A DNA stretch of 57,681 nucleotides, taken from contig CAZTOR010000001.1 of assembly GCA_964615505.1 (NCBI GenBank), positions 1 through 57,681 of the forward strand. The letters run 5' to 3'. The position numbers were made by a program, and so were the translations under genes. The notes under the pieces were generated by a model. The model saw nothing but the letters and a program-made list of their open reading frames with translations. It was not told the DNA's origin and ran no database searches. Positions 17,049-27,490 of this stretch are shown here, piece by piece; positions within the stretch are counted from its first letter, which is position 1, and each line of letters starts with the position of its first letter. The DNA is from Candidatus Woesearchaeota archaeon. GTDB lineage: Archaea > Nanobdellota > Nanobdellia > UBA10117 > ARS21.

Positions 17049-18562
17049 AATGGTTGAAAGTGCTTTCTACCGGCAGAGTAATGTTACTATTATCTTTTAT
17101 CCTGATGTCTTTCGTAGCAATTTCTCCTGATCCGTGGGCAAGTGGATTTGAAGTTAAAGGAATTGAAGACGGGTCTAGTGCAAAACTTAATGGTTTAGCT
17201 CAAGGAAATGTAATTTATTCCATTGGCGGTAAATCAATAGATACTCTTGATGAATTATTTATCGAATTAGATTCATATTCTTCGGGAGAAATTGTATCTT
17301 TAGAAACAGATACCGGCCAAGTTAGTTTCGTGAAAGAAGCCGCCAACGGATTTACATTAAAGGAAGTTGGAACTTCAAATTTGAAGAAAGGATTAGACTT
17401 AGTTGGTGGTGTTAGAGTTGTTCTTCGACCCACAGTAGATTTGGCAGAGTCAGAGATTATAGATATGATTGACTTACTTGAGAAGAGATTGAATGTCTTC
17501 GGAGTTAGTGATATGTCTATACGAAATTCAAAGGACTTGGAAGGTACGAATTACATAATAATTGAAATTGCTGGTGCTTCTAAAGAAGAAATTGTTGACT
17601 TAGTTTCCAAACAAGGAAAATTTGAAGCAAAAATTGGAGATGAAGTTGTTTTCCGTGGCGGAAAGGATATCAAAAGCGTTTGTAGGTCTCCTGAGTGTTC
17701 CGGGATTTCTTACCAAAATGGTTGCTATCCTATAGAAAGCGGAGAATGGCAGTGTAGACATCAATTTAGTGTCGGAGTAAGTCAAGAATCTGCAGAAAAA
17801 CATTCAGATATTACTTCAAAACTTAGAATTGAAGGCGGATATTTATCTGAGAAACTGGATCTATACTTAGATGATGAGTTAGTTAGTAGTTTGTTTATTT
17901 CAGAAGGGCTTCAAGGGATTGTTGCAACAACATTTAGCATTTCTGGATCAGCAAATGGTATCACTGAAGAATCAGCAGCCCAGAATGCAATAGCAGATAT
18001 GAAAGAGATGCAAACTTTATTGATTTCAGGTTCATTACCTTATTCTGTTGAAGTAGAAAGAGTAGATGTAATCTCAGCATCACTTGGAGAAAAATTCTTT
18101 GGTGAGGCACTTCTATCAATTGTTCTGGCAATATTCGCAGTCGGAGGAGTTATTTTTGCAAGATATCGAAACTTGAATATCGCACTTCCTATGATATTTA
18201 CAGGATTGAGTGAAGTAGTCATAATACTTGGTTTCGCCGCATTAATTAGGTGGAATTTGGATTTGGCAGCCATTGCAGGAATAATTGCTGCAGTAGGTAC
18301 GGGTGTGGATGATCAAATTGTTATCACTGACGAAGTTATGCGAGGTAAAAATGCTGATGAATCTTGGATTGATAGAATGAAACGGGCCTTCTTCATAATC
18401 TTTGCAGCATATTTCACTATGTTAGTTGCAATGCTACCACTTTGGTTCATTGGTGCAGGTGTTCTTAAGGGATTTGCACTGACTACAATTATCGGAGTAA
18501 CAATTGGAGTATTTATTACTCGACCAGCTTTTGCTAAGATGATTGAGAAATTATTAGAGTGA
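17045..18562 (+). CDS. secD: protein-export membrane protein SecD with an N-terminal PDZ-like insertion
   Basis: SecD signature KKGLDLVGGVRVVL and the C-terminal 5-TM SecDF domain. Residues 34-97 or so (GFEVKGIEDGSSAKLNGLAQGNVIYSIGGKSIDTLDELF...GEIVSLETDTGQVSF) match the PDZ sequence pattern. Confidence 0.85.
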   Translation: MKWLKVLSTGRVMLLLSFILMSFVAISPDPWASGFEVKGIEDGSSAKLNGLAQGNVIYSIGGKSIDTLDELFIELDSYSSGEIVSLETDTGQVSFVKEAANGFTLKEVGTSNLKKGLDLVGGVRVVLRPTVDLAESEIIDMIDLLEKRLNVFGVSDMSIRNSKDLEGTNYIIIEIAGASKEEIVDLVSKQGKFEAKIGDEVVFRGGKDIKSVCRSPECSGISYQNGCYPIESGEWQCRHQFSVGVSQESAEKHSDITSKLRIEGGYLSEKLDLYLDDELVSSLFISEGLQGIVATTFSISGSANGITEESAAQNAIADMKEMQTLLISGSLPYSVEVERVDVISASLGEKFFGEALLSIVLAIFAVGGVIFARYRNLNIALPMIFTGLSEVVIILGFAALIRWNLDLAAIAGIIAAVGTGVDDQIVITDEVMRGKNADESWIDRMKRAFFIIFAAYFTMLVAMLPLWFIGAGVLKGFALTTIIGVTIGVFITRPAFAKMIEKLLE

Positions 18563-18597
18563 GCAAGATTTTTATTGAAAGACTTCGTTCCTAAGAA

Positions 18598-19446
18598 ATG
18601 GTATTGGAGTCCCTCGGTCGACCGGTTAGACTTGAAAAGAAACCAAGTGAATTATTCTTCTTGACATTTAGTTATTGCGTAATTGCTATTCTTCTTTCGA
18701 TCTGGGTATTTCCCCAATATGCCGGACTAACAATGGTATTCTTTACAGTTATGGCTGCAATTCCAATGATGCTAAAAATGATAATGTTTGAGGAAAGGAA
18801 GCTTCTCGCTAGACCCAAAACTGAACATCATAAAGACACGTTGATGTTTTTTATTTCATTGTTCATGGGGATGGTTTCAGCATATACTTTATTCTTTGTT
18901 CTAATGCCTGAAGAAACAGTGAAATCTTTGTTCAATATTCAATTAGAAACTATATCTGGAGTAAATAATCAAATTGCTGAAATGGTTTCAGGAAATTTCT
19001 TCGGGAAAATATTTCCTATAATCGTTATCAACAATTTGAAAGTTATGATTTTCGCACTTCTTTTCTCATTCATTTATGGATCTGGGGCAATATTTATACT
19101 AACTTGGAATGCATCAGTTATTGCCGTTGCAATTGGATCAGTTATTCGAGAAATAATTGCTAGTGCCGCATTAAGTGTCGGTGCAGTAAGTATTGGTACT
19201 TATTTTACTGCAATTTCTGCGGGAATGGCACGTTACTTAATTCACGGTATACCTGAAATTGGTGCATTTTTCATTGCCGGTTTAGCAGGAGGATTAATTT
19301 CAATAGGGATGCTTAGATATGAACTATTTGATGATAATTTTGGATTGATTATGAAAGATGCTTTATTCCTGACTTTTGTTGCAGTAATATTGATTGTTTT
19401 GTCAGCCGCTATTGAAGTTTCAATTTCTCCGTTAATTTATTCATAG
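18598..19446 (+). CDS. SpoIIM-like (DUF95) integral membrane protein
   Basis: Polytopic protein with NNLKVMIFALLFSFIYGSGAIFILTWN and ARYLIHGIPEIGAFFIAGLAGG, which match the SpoIIM/DUF95 pattern (HGIxEip). Confidence 0.6.
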   Translation: MVLESLGRPVRLEKKPSELFFLTFSYCVIAILLSIWVFPQYAGLTMVFFTVMAAIPMMLKMIMFEERKLLARPKTEHHKDTLMFFISLFMGMVSAYTLFFVLMPEETVKSLFNIQLETISGVNNQIAEMVSGNFFGKIFPIIVINNLKVMIFALLFSFIYGSGAIFILTWNASVIAVAIGSVIREIIASAALSVGAVSIGTYFTAISAGMARYLIHGIPEIGAFFIAGLAGGLISIGMLRYELFDDNFGLIMKDALFLTFVAVILIVLSAAIEVSISPLIYS

Positions 19447-19477
19447 TGTTTTTAAATTTGATTAACATCATTAATTA

Positions 19478-21955
19478 ATGAGTAAGCAATCCGAATATAT
19501 TGATTTTAGTGAAATTTTAAACTTATTGAAAAAGAGTTACTTGAAAGTTAGAAATTTTAAATATCTTGAACATTCCTTGTTTGGTTTGATTGCAGTTTTA
19601 GCTTTATTTTTGAGGACTAGGAATATATCTCTGTTAAAGGGTAAATATTTAGTTGGTCTTGATCCCTATTATTATTTTAGACAAGCAAAAGAAATTATTA
19701 ATCAAGGATTCTTAACATCACCAGATCTATTTAGGAATCCGCCAATTGGACATGAGCCTTCGCTTGATTTTTTCCCTTATTTTATGGCCTACTGGTCTAA
19801 ATTTCTTAGTTTATTTGGATTGAATCAAGAAATGGCGCATATAATTTACCCTCCTGCCATAATGTTGATTTCATTAATTCCATTTTACTTATTTGTAAAA
19901 AATGTTTTTGGTAAAAAAATTGGTTTAATTTCGGCATTACTTCTTTCCATAATACCAGGATATATTTTTCGAACAGGTTCTGGATTTGCAGATCACGAAT
20001 CGTTAGCAATGTTATTTGTATTTAGTGCACTTTATTTCTTTAGCAGAGGTTTGGATTTTAAATCAAATAAAAAATACGTATATGGAATTGCCGCAGGTTT
20101 ATTCACTTGGTTAATGGCAATGTCTTGGAGCGCATATCCTTTCTTAGTAATTACGATCTCATTATTTTATCTTTTCAAGTTCTTCTTCTCTAAAATAGAT
20201 TTGAGATATTATCTTACGTGGGTATTAACGTTCTCGATATTATTAATTCTATTTGGAAAATTCGATATTAGCAATTACGGTATTCTTATTGCTCTTGCGA
20301 CGCTATTTATTTTAGTTATTAATCGAGTTATTTCTGATTTTGATTTTAAGATGCCTAATCAAGTATCTTCTGTAATTATTGCAATTTTTGTAGGTATTAC
20401 TATTAATTATATTTTCAAAATTATTGATTTGACATCTTTAGTCTTTAATTTACTGAATGCAGGAGGTTCATCAAAAGTAGATTTCACTACTTCCGAAGTC
20501 AGTCGAGCTTTTGTTATGAGCGGGAATAGTTATTTTTCCAATTACGGTTATCTAATTTTTATTTCCATATTAGGCCTATTCTTACTTTCTTCAGTAATAT
20601 TTGGTAAATTAAAAAAGAGTAATAGGCTGATATTGACAAGTCTCACTGTAGGTTCGGTGACCTTGGTTATGTTAGGTAACTGGAGTTATTCAATTAGTAT
20701 AATGCAGGATTTATATCTACAATTCTTAGCATCAGTTGGAATTATATTCATACTCTATTATTCTTACTTATATCAATCTAATCAAATCGAAAAAGTTCAG
20801 AATCTGGCAAATCCTAAACTTTTGTTGATATTATCGCTATTTATAACATCTGGCCTTCTTGCAAGAACGGCTACTCGATTTTTGTTTCTTTTTGGGCCTG
20901 CCGTAGTAATATTGGCAGCATATGCATTAAATGAACTCTATATTCACTCTAAAAAATTGAAGTTTGGACCAATTGTAGCAATAATTGTATTTGCAATATT
21001 ATCTTTTAATCTTGCAGAAATTAGTTATAATCAAAATAGTAGAACTGGCTCAGGTCTTCCTGGTCAATGGGAGAGTTCGATGATGTTTCTAGATTCTAGT
21101 ACTTCTGAAGATTCAATAATTGCTCATTGGTGGGACTACGGTTATTGGACACAATCTGTCGGAAATAGGGCATCGGTACAAGACGGAGGTAAACCAGGCG
21201 GAGGGTTTATGATATATACTCTTGCGCGTTATGGTATGACTCATACTGATCCAGTTGAATCATTAGAGTACTTTAAGGCTCACGGTACAACTCATTTATT
21301 ATACTCTTCAGAAGAAATTGGTAAGTATGGTGCCTTTTCATATCTTGGTTCAGATAAAAATGATGATCGTAAGTCAATGATCGGTATGTTTGGTCTTTCA
21401 GCGATTAACGAAGTTAGATCAGGGAATAAATTAACTTATCAAGGCAATTGGCAACTAGATGATACGTTAATTGATGGTAAAAAAATAATTCTTCCAGGAC
21501 AAGGATATATTTCAGAAATAAATGTTTATGTGGATGACGTTGGAGTTTATGCTCCTGCTACTGTAAAGATTATTGCATCAAATTATGTTAATGAATTTGA
21601 AATTGGATGTATATATTTACATGACACAAAATTCATATTTGAAGAAAATGAATTAAATTCATGTGTAAAGGTAATTCCGAATAGTAACGGCGGAAATAGG
21701 AACGATTTGGGCGGTGCATTATACTTATCTGAAAAAGTTAAGGACGGTCTATTTGCAAAACTCTATATTCATTCTGAACAAATTGAAGGGTATTCTCAAA
21801 TATATTATGATAATATTCCGCTATCTTTCTTTAAAGGTAGGTTGATGGGACCAATAAAGATCTGGAAACTTGATTATCCGAATAACTTAAATAATGTTGA
21901 TAGATTTTTAGATGAGGCTAAATTGCCCGAATTTAAAGAAAATTATATCTTATGA
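19478..21955 (+). CDS. aglB: archaeal oligosaccharyltransferase AglB (STT3 family)
   Basis: 825 aa. Multi-TM N-terminal half, the catalytic WWDYG motif (AHWWDYGYWTQ) and a soluble C-terminal domain. Confidence 0.85.
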   Translation: MSKQSEYIDFSEILNLLKKSYLKVRNFKYLEHSLFGLIAVLALFLRTRNISLLKGKYLVGLDPYYYFRQAKEIINQGFLTSPDLFRNPPIGHEPSLDFFPYFMAYWSKFLSLFGLNQEMAHIIYPPAIMLISLIPFYLFVKNVFGKKIGLISALLLSIIPGYIFRTGSGFADHESLAMLFVFSALYFFSRGLDFKSNKKYVYGIAAGLFTWLMAMSWSAYPFLVITISLFYLFKFFFSKIDLRYYLTWVLTFSILLILFGKFDISNYGILIALATLFILVINRVISDFDFKMPNQVSSVIIAIFVGITINYIFKIIDLTSLVFNLLNAGGSSKVDFTTSEVSRAFVMSGNSYFSNYGYLIFISILGLFLLSSVIFGKLKKSNRLILTSLTVGSVTLVMLGNWSYSISIMQDLYLQFLASVGIIFILYYSYLYQSNQIEKVQNLANPKLLLILSLFITSGLLARTATRFLFLFGPAVVILAAYALNELYIHSKKLKFGPIVAIIVFAILSFNLAEISYNQNSRTGSGLPGQWESSMMFLDSSTSEDSIIAHWWDYGYWTQSVGNRASVQDGGKPGGGFMIYTLARYGMTHTDPVESLEYFKAHGTTHLLYSSEEIGKYGAFSYLGSDKNDDRKSMIGMFGLSAINEVRSGNKLTYQGNWQLDDTLIDGKKIILPGQGYISEINVYVDDVGVYAPATVKIIASNYVNEFEIGCIYLHDTKFIFEENELNSCVKVIPNSNGGNRNDLGGALYLSEKVKDGLFAKLYIHSEQIEGYSQIYYDNIPLSFFKGRLMGPIKIWKLDYPNNLNNVDRFLDEAKLPEFKENYIL

Positions 21956-22629
21956 AAACAACAATTGTGATCCCTGCATTTAATGAGGGAAAGAGAATTG
22001 GTAAAGTTCTTTCTAAGTTGGATAAGTACTCTTACAAAATAATTGTAATTAATGACGGTTCATCAGATGATACAGAAAATGTTGTTAAACAATTTAAACG
22101 AGTTAAGTTAATCAACCATAAAAATAATTCTGGGCAAGGTGCAGCATTAAGAACAGGGATTCGTGCAGCGCTAAAAGATAAATCAGATATTATTGTTACT
22201 TTTGATGCAGACGGTCAACATAAAGCAAGCGATATAAAGAAATTTATTACTAAAATTAATGAAGGTTATGAAGTAGTATTGGGTTCTCGTTTTATTAAAA
22301 AAACAAAACTGCCGCTAAAGCGTAAATTTTTGTTGAAAGGCAGTATCCTTGTTGAACGTTTGTTTATTGGCATTAAACTTACTGATGCACATAATGGTTT
22401 TAGAGCTTTTTCTTCTAAAGCTGCACGCAGAATAAAGATTAAAGAAAATGGGATGGCTCATGCATCTGAAATAGTATATAGAATTAAAGAAAACAAGCTT
22501 AAGTATGCTGAAATTCCTATCAGCATTAAATATACTCGTGATACTCTTTCAAAGGGCGGGAACACCGTACCTCGAGCAATGAAAATACTATATAAACTAA
22601 TAAAATTAAGATTTCGTGTTCAAACATAA
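21952..22629 (+). CDS. GT2 glycosyltransferase (dolichyl-phosphate sugar synthase-like)
   Basis: IVIPAFNE, NDGSSDDT and FDADGQH (DxD) motifs of GT-A family 2. ATGA overlap with aglB. Confidence 0.8.
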   Translation: MKTTIVIPAFNEGKRIGKVLSKLDKYSYKIIVINDGSSDDTENVVKQFKRVKLINHKNNSGQGAALRTGIRAALKDKSDIIVTFDADGQHKASDIKKFITKINEGYEVVLGSRFIKKTKLPLKRKFLLKGSILVERLFIGIKLTDAHNGFRAFSSKAARRIKIKENGMAHASEIVYRIKENKLKYAEIPISIKYTRDTLSKGGNTVPRAMKILYKLIKLRFRVQT

Positions 22630-22661
22630 TACATATAAATTGAATCTGAAAGGAGTTTTTA

Positions 22662-23240
22662 ATGGATATTGATAAAATAATCAAACAAAGCATTGATGTT
22701 AAGACTAGTTTGTTAGATGCGGACTTTATCTCAGAATTAGAGAAGGTTGGACAAGTATGTGTCGATGTATTGAAAAAAGGGAATAAAATACTTGCTGCAG
22801 GTAATGGCGGAAGTTCATCCCAAGCAAGCCACTTTATTGGAGAATTGCTTGGTAGATTTGAATTGGATAGATCTGCACTTCCCGGAGTTTGCCTATCTTC
22901 TGATTTAACTAACTTAACTGCAATTTCAAATGATTATGGTTATGACCACGTTTTCTCTAAACAAGTAGAAGGACTTGGAAAAGAGGGCGATATTTTTGTC
23001 GGTCTAACTACTTCAGGAAATTCTGAAAATATTATTAGAGCTTTAGAAAAAGCGAAAAAAAATGGACTACAAACCATTGTTTTGAATGGTAGAGATGGAG
23101 GCATCCTGAAAAATTCAGACTTAGTTGATTTCAATCTTATTGTAAAGGATGAAAATACTGCCAGAATTCAGGAAAGCCATATCTTGATAATTCATATTAT
23201 TTGTAAATATATTGAAGATGGATTATTCAAAAATTCTTGA
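22662..23240 (+). CDS. gmhA: phosphoheptose (sedoheptulose-7-phosphate) isomerase GmhA
   Basis: SIS domain with AAGNGGSSSQASHFIGEL and GLTTSGNSENI. The 192-aa length is typical of GmhA. Confidence 0.85.
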   Translation: MDIDKIIKQSIDVKTSLLDADFISELEKVGQVCVDVLKKGNKILAAGNGGSSSQASHFIGELLGRFELDRSALPGVCLSSDLTNLTAISNDYGYDHVFSKQVEGLGKEGDIFVGLTTSGNSENIIRALEKAKKNGLQTIVLNGRDGGILKNSDLVDFNLIVKDENTARIQESHILIIHIICKYIEDGLFKNS

Positions 23241-24186
23241 TTTTGTTAAGAATAATAGTTTCAGCGAAAGGAATATTTTAGTAATTGGAGACATAATGCT
23301 TGATGAATTCTGTTATGGTTTTGCAAATAGAATTAGTCCTGAGGCACCTGTTCCTGTTTTTGAACCAAATAATTCAAAATATATGTTGGGTGGTGCAGGG
23401 AATTCAGCATTGAATCTTAAGACTCTCGGATCAAATGTTGAAATAATTGGGATAATTGGTGAAGATGATAGTGCTGATAAAATTAGTGAACTATTGCGTA
23501 ATTTTAAAATAAAAAACCGGTTGATATCGGATAAATTTTCTACTACTCACAAAAAAAGATTTGTTGCATCAAATACTCACTTATTAAGAAAAGATGTTGA
23601 AAAAATTAGGGATATTAACGGTAGTGAAACAGAAAAAAAGATAATCAATGTAATTGATTCAATTCAGAATATTGATGCTATAATAATATCGGATTATGCA
23701 AAAGGCGTGATAACCAAAGACATCGTTGATCAATTGAAAAATAAAGGTGTGCCGATTTATGTTGATTCTAAACCTGAAAGATATGATTTATTCGACGAAG
23801 TATATTTATTAAAACCGAATTTGCGACAGGCCATGATGGCATTAGGAATTCGGAGAGATGAATTAAGAGTTGAAGAAATTGCATTAAATCTATCTAAGAA
23901 ATATAATTCAAATATTTTTCTTACGCTAGGTGACCAAGGTTCACTAATACATGAATTGGACTCTGAAAAAAGTAATTTGATTCAAATATTTGATAAGAAA
24001 AAATTGAAAGATGTTAGTGGTGCAGGAGATACTGCATTATCTGCCTTTGTATTAGCTAGTCTAGAAAAAGATTTAGTTTTCTCTGCAGAATTTGCGAATA
24101 TATGTTCAGGAATGGTTGTATCAAAATCCGGTACTTCGAGTACCTCTTTAGATGAAATAGAGGTTGAACTAACTAATGGAAAATAA
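23212..24186 (+). CDS. hldA: D-glycero-beta-D-manno-heptose-7-phosphate kinase (RfaE domain I / HldA)
   Basis: N-terminal VIGDIMLDEF...RISPEAPVPV is the RfaE-I signature. Also has the PfkB-family C-terminal motif VSGAGDT. The start may instead be the ATG at 23218. Confidence 0.85.
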   Translation: MKMDYSKILDFVKNNSFSERNILVIGDIMLDEFCYGFANRISPEAPVPVFEPNNSKYMLGGAGNSALNLKTLGSNVEIIGIIGEDDSADKISELLRNFKIKNRLISDKFSTTHKKRFVASNTHLLRKDVEKIRDINGSETEKKIINVIDSIQNIDAIIISDYAKGVITKDIVDQLKNKGVPIYVDSKPERYDLFDEVYLLKPNLRQAMMALGIRRDELRVEEIALNLSKKYNSNIFLTLGDQGSLIHELDSEKSNLIQIFDKKKLKDVSGAGDTALSAFVLASLEKDLVFSAEFANICSGMVVSKSGTSSTSLDEIEVELTNGK

Positions 24187-25264
24187 AAAGATAATTGATG
24201 AAATAATTGGTAAATTTAATTTTGTACTTAATTTGATTCCAGTTAAGGATTTTCCTAGAGGTAAAAGAGTCATAATCATAAGACTTTGGTCAATGGGTGA
24301 GAGTATACTAACCTTGCCTTTAATGTCTCAGCTCAAGAAGAGAGGATATAAAATAGACGTATTATGTAGCAAATTTAATAAAGACATATTCTACGGTCAA
24401 TCTTTCATAAACAAATTGGAAATACTTGAATTAAATCCTTTTAAAGATTTTAGAAAAATTTTGAATTTGAGGAATCGTTATGATATTGTTATTGATACTG
24501 AGCCTTTTGTAAATATATCTTTGTGGATATCCAAATTTATCGGGAGTTACTCTATTGGATTTAATACTTGTTTACGTAAAAAATTATGGGATGCAAATAT
24601 AATTTATAATGATAAGCAACACGTTGTTTTGACTTTCCTTGATTTAATGAAACCAATTGTAAATTCTTTGGTTCCGAAAAAGTTGGTGAAACTTAAATAT
24701 AACTTAATATCTGAAAAGAAAATTAGAGGTTTATTTAGAAGTATTGGTAATAAGAAAAAAATAGTTATACATGGTGGTGTTGGTTCAACTAATAAAAATA
24801 GGTGTTGGTCACCATTCAATTTTTCAAAAGTTATGAAAAAATTGGATCGTAAGGATGTTTGTTTCATTTTAACAGGATATTCTAATTCAGAGATCGAAAA
24901 TGATAGATTAATACTTAAAAATGCGGATTTAAAAAATGCGAAGGCAATAATAACTGAAGGTAAATTAAAAAATAAAGATTTATTTTGTTTGATTTCTAAA
25001 TCAAACTTAGTTATTTCAAATGATACTGGTCCTATGCATGTTGGTGCCGCTCAAGGAACACCAACAATTGGTCTATTTGGACCCAATACGCCTGTTAGAT
25101 TTGGACCATATGGTTCAAATAATTATTCGATATATAAGGTAAAGAGTAAGCCTTTGATTAATGTTCATTTAAAAGAGTTTAAAGAAGATGGAGGTCAAAG
25201 AATAAATCGTATTAGTCCGACAGAAGTGGTGCGTTTAGCTAAAAAAATATTATGGGTAAAATAA
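24176..25264 (+). CDS. GT9 family glycosyltransferase (ADP-heptose heptosyltransferase-like)
   Basis: C-terminal SNDTGPMHVGAAQGTPTIGLFGP matches the GT9 WaaC/WaaF nucleotide-sugar binding motif (gNDSGpmHlAaAlgtP...lfGp). Confidence 0.8.
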   Translation: MENKKIIDEIIGKFNFVLNLIPVKDFPRGKRVIIIRLWSMGESILTLPLMSQLKKRGYKIDVLCSKFNKDIFYGQSFINKLEILELNPFKDFRKILNLRNRYDIVIDTEPFVNISLWISKFIGSYSIGFNTCLRKKLWDANIIYNDKQHVVLTFLDLMKPIVNSLVPKKLVKLKYNLISEKKIRGLFRSIGNKKKIVIHGGVGSTNKNRCWSPFNFSKVMKKLDRKDVCFILTGYSNSEIENDRLILKNADLKNAKAIITEGKLKNKDLFCLISKSNLVISNDTGPMHVGAAQGTPTIGLFGPNTPVRFGPYGSNNYSIYKVKSKPLINVHLKEFKEDGGQRINRISPTEVVRLAKKILWVK

Positions 25265-25713
25265 TTGATATATCTAATCTAGAAGAACTTGTGAAGAAAT
25301 TGAGAACTAAATCGAGAAAAATTGTGACTACTAATGGTGCATTTGATATGTTGCACGTAGGTCATTTAGCAAATTTAGAATTTGCAAAAAATCAGGGAGA
25401 TGTATTAATTGTTGGTTTAAATTCTGATTCATCAATTAAAAAATATAAATCCAAAGATAGACCTATAGTAAATGAGAAAAATCGTGTTAAATTAATTGCA
25501 GCATTATCTTGTGTAGATTATGCTTTTATTTTTGAAGATGAAACTCCTTTGAATTGGTTAAATATAATTAAACCGGATATTCATGTTAAGGGGAACGAAT
25601 ATTTGAATAATCTTTTGGAGCAGGAAACTGTTGAGCGATACGGAGGGAAAATATTATTTAGCGGAGATAAAATTGAATCGACGACTAATTTAATTTCTGA
25701 ATTAGAAAAATGA
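25252..25713 (+). CDS. hldC: D-glycero-beta-D-manno-heptose-1-phosphate adenylyltransferase (RfaE domain II / HldC)
   Basis: 153-aa cytidylyltransferase-fold protein with TNGAFDMLHVGH (HxGH) and LIVGLNSDSSI, as in RfaE domain II. Confidence 0.85.
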   Translation: MGKIIDISNLEELVKKLRTKSRKIVTTNGAFDMLHVGHLANLEFAKNQGDVLIVGLNSDSSIKKYKSKDRPIVNEKNRVKLIAALSCVDYAFIFEDETPLNWLNIIKPDIHVKGNEYLNNLLEQETVERYGGKILFSGDKIESTTNLISELEK

Positions 25714-26843
25714 AAATCTGTATGATGATTGATGCGTGGAAACCACAGTGGGGTGGTGGTCAAATACATACGTTTGATTTATCTAGAACACTGGAAGAGC
25801 AAGGACATACTGTTGATCTATTTACTATGAATCTAGACGGTAAACCTACTATTTCTAAAGATACGGGTTTCAGAGTAATACGTGTCGGTAAACCGAAAGT
25901 TAAATTTAATGTAATTAATCGATTAAAATGGTGTATTCAAGTTTGTAGCGCAATTTATAGAATGAATAAGTTTGAAAAATATGATCTAATTCATGCGCAT
26001 GCGAATCTTTCCGGATTACCTGGAAAGATTATGAGTAAATACTTAGGAATTCCGATAGTTTATACGGTACACGGTAGCGGAATAAAATCAATTTTTCAGA
26101 TGTATGGATTAAATCCGTTTTCACTAGCATTAGGTCTCTTTGAAAGATTTTTACAAACAGCAATTATTTATGATACTGAAATTAGCGTAGATAGTAATTT
26201 TTTCAAGATGAGAAATTTGAATAAGAGAGTAAAGGTTATTCATAGTGCAATTGATGTCAATAAGTTTAAAGGTGTTAAGGATAAAAAAGGTAAAACTTTC
26301 AGATTCTTATTTGTTGGTAGATTGCATCCTCAAAAAGGTGTTTCAATTTTACTTGAATCATTGAGTAAAATTAAAAATGAATTAAATGGTGTTGAATTTG
26401 TTATTGTGGGCGGTGGTCCTGATGAAGTTAAATTGAAGTCTGAATCAAAAAAATTGGGTTTAAATAAATTTGTTAAGTTTACTGGTCGAATTTCAGATAA
26501 TAAATTGAAAAATTATTATTCTTCTTCGGATTGTTTCATATTACCGTCTTTATTTGAAGGACTGCCTTTAACACTATTAGAAGCTTGGTCTGCAAAATTG
26601 CCAGTTTTAGTAACAGATGTAGGCGAGCATAAATTATTAATCTCTCAAGGTAAAGAAGGTTTTGTTATTGAACCCAATAATATTGATGAATTGAGTGATA
26701 CTATTATTAAAGTAGCGAATATGAAAAAAAGTAATTTGAAAAAGATGGGTATGAATGGATATAAAAAAGTGAATAAAAATCATACGCTCAAAGTAATGGT
26801 AAATAAAGTACTAAGGGTTTACAAAGAGGTGTTAATAAAATGA
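25710..26843 (+). CDS. GT4 glycosyltransferase
   Basis: GT-B fold with GGGQIHTFDL near the N-terminus and the E-x7-E motif FEGLPLTLLEAWSAKLPVL. Confidence 0.85.
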   Translation: MKICMMIDAWKPQWGGGQIHTFDLSRTLEEQGHTVDLFTMNLDGKPTISKDTGFRVIRVGKPKVKFNVINRLKWCIQVCSAIYRMNKFEKYDLIHAHANLSGLPGKIMSKYLGIPIVYTVHGSGIKSIFQMYGLNPFSLALGLFERFLQTAIIYDTEISVDSNFFKMRNLNKRVKVIHSAIDVNKFKGVKDKKGKTFRFLFVGRLHPQKGVSILLESLSKIKNELNGVEFVIVGGGPDEVKLKSESKKLGLNKFVKFTGRISDNKLKNYYSSSDCFILPSLFEGLPLTLLEAWSAKLPVLVTDVGEHKLLISQGKEGFVIEPNNIDELSDTIIKVANMKKSNLKKMGMNGYKKVNKNHTLKVMVNKVLRVYKEVLIK

Positions 26844-27490
26844 GTACTAAATCTTATTCCAAGGGATATTATAATAAAATTAAACATAAAAAAATGAGTG
26901 GTTTCAAAAAGGCTTTATTTAAACTTATATCTTCAACACCTTTCGTGTCCAGATATTATTTTGTGTTAAATAAGCTTATATTGAGTTTGAATCCTAGATT
27001 TGATAAAAAAATAAAAGTCTTAGATATAGGGTGTGCACAAGGCGGATTTTTAAATTTTTTAAAAAATATTAGACCTGATTTTGAATTATATGGAATGGAT
27101 ATTTCAGACATGAAGAAACTTCTTCCGAAAAATGTTAAATTTATCAACAAAAATATAATTACGGATAAGTTACCCAAAGATAAATTTGATTTAATAGTAT
27201 CACTACATTTAATTGAACATATTAATGTTTCCGATGTTCCAATATTCTTTGAAAGAGCCAAAAAATTACTAAATAAAAATGGAGTTTTGTTTGTTCTTGT
27301 ACCCAGACTTTCTCAAGAATTTTATAATGATCCTACTCACATAAGACCTTACAACAAAGAGTCTCTAGAACGATTATTTAAGATGGCGGAATTTAAAACA
27401 TTTAAAACATTTAATAATGATGAGTTTAACTTTCCGTTTAATAAACTACTAAATTCTATGAAATTGTGTTTTGGATTTGGAATAAAATGA
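26840..27490 (+). CDS. class I SAM-dependent methyltransferase
   Basis: Motif I VLDIGCAQGGF and post-I/II spacing (YGMDIS ... FDLIVSLHLIEH). Confidence 0.7.
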   Translation: MSTKSYSKGYYNKIKHKKMSGFKKALFKLISSTPFVSRYYFVLNKLILSLNPRFDKKIKVLDIGCAQGGFLNFLKNIRPDFELYGMDISDMKKLLPKNVKFINKNIITDKLPKDKFDLIVSLHLIEHINVSDVPIFFERAKKLLNKNGVLFVLVPRLSQEFYNDPTHIRPYNKESLERLFKMAEFKTFKTFNNDEFNFPFNKLLNSMKLCFGFGIK

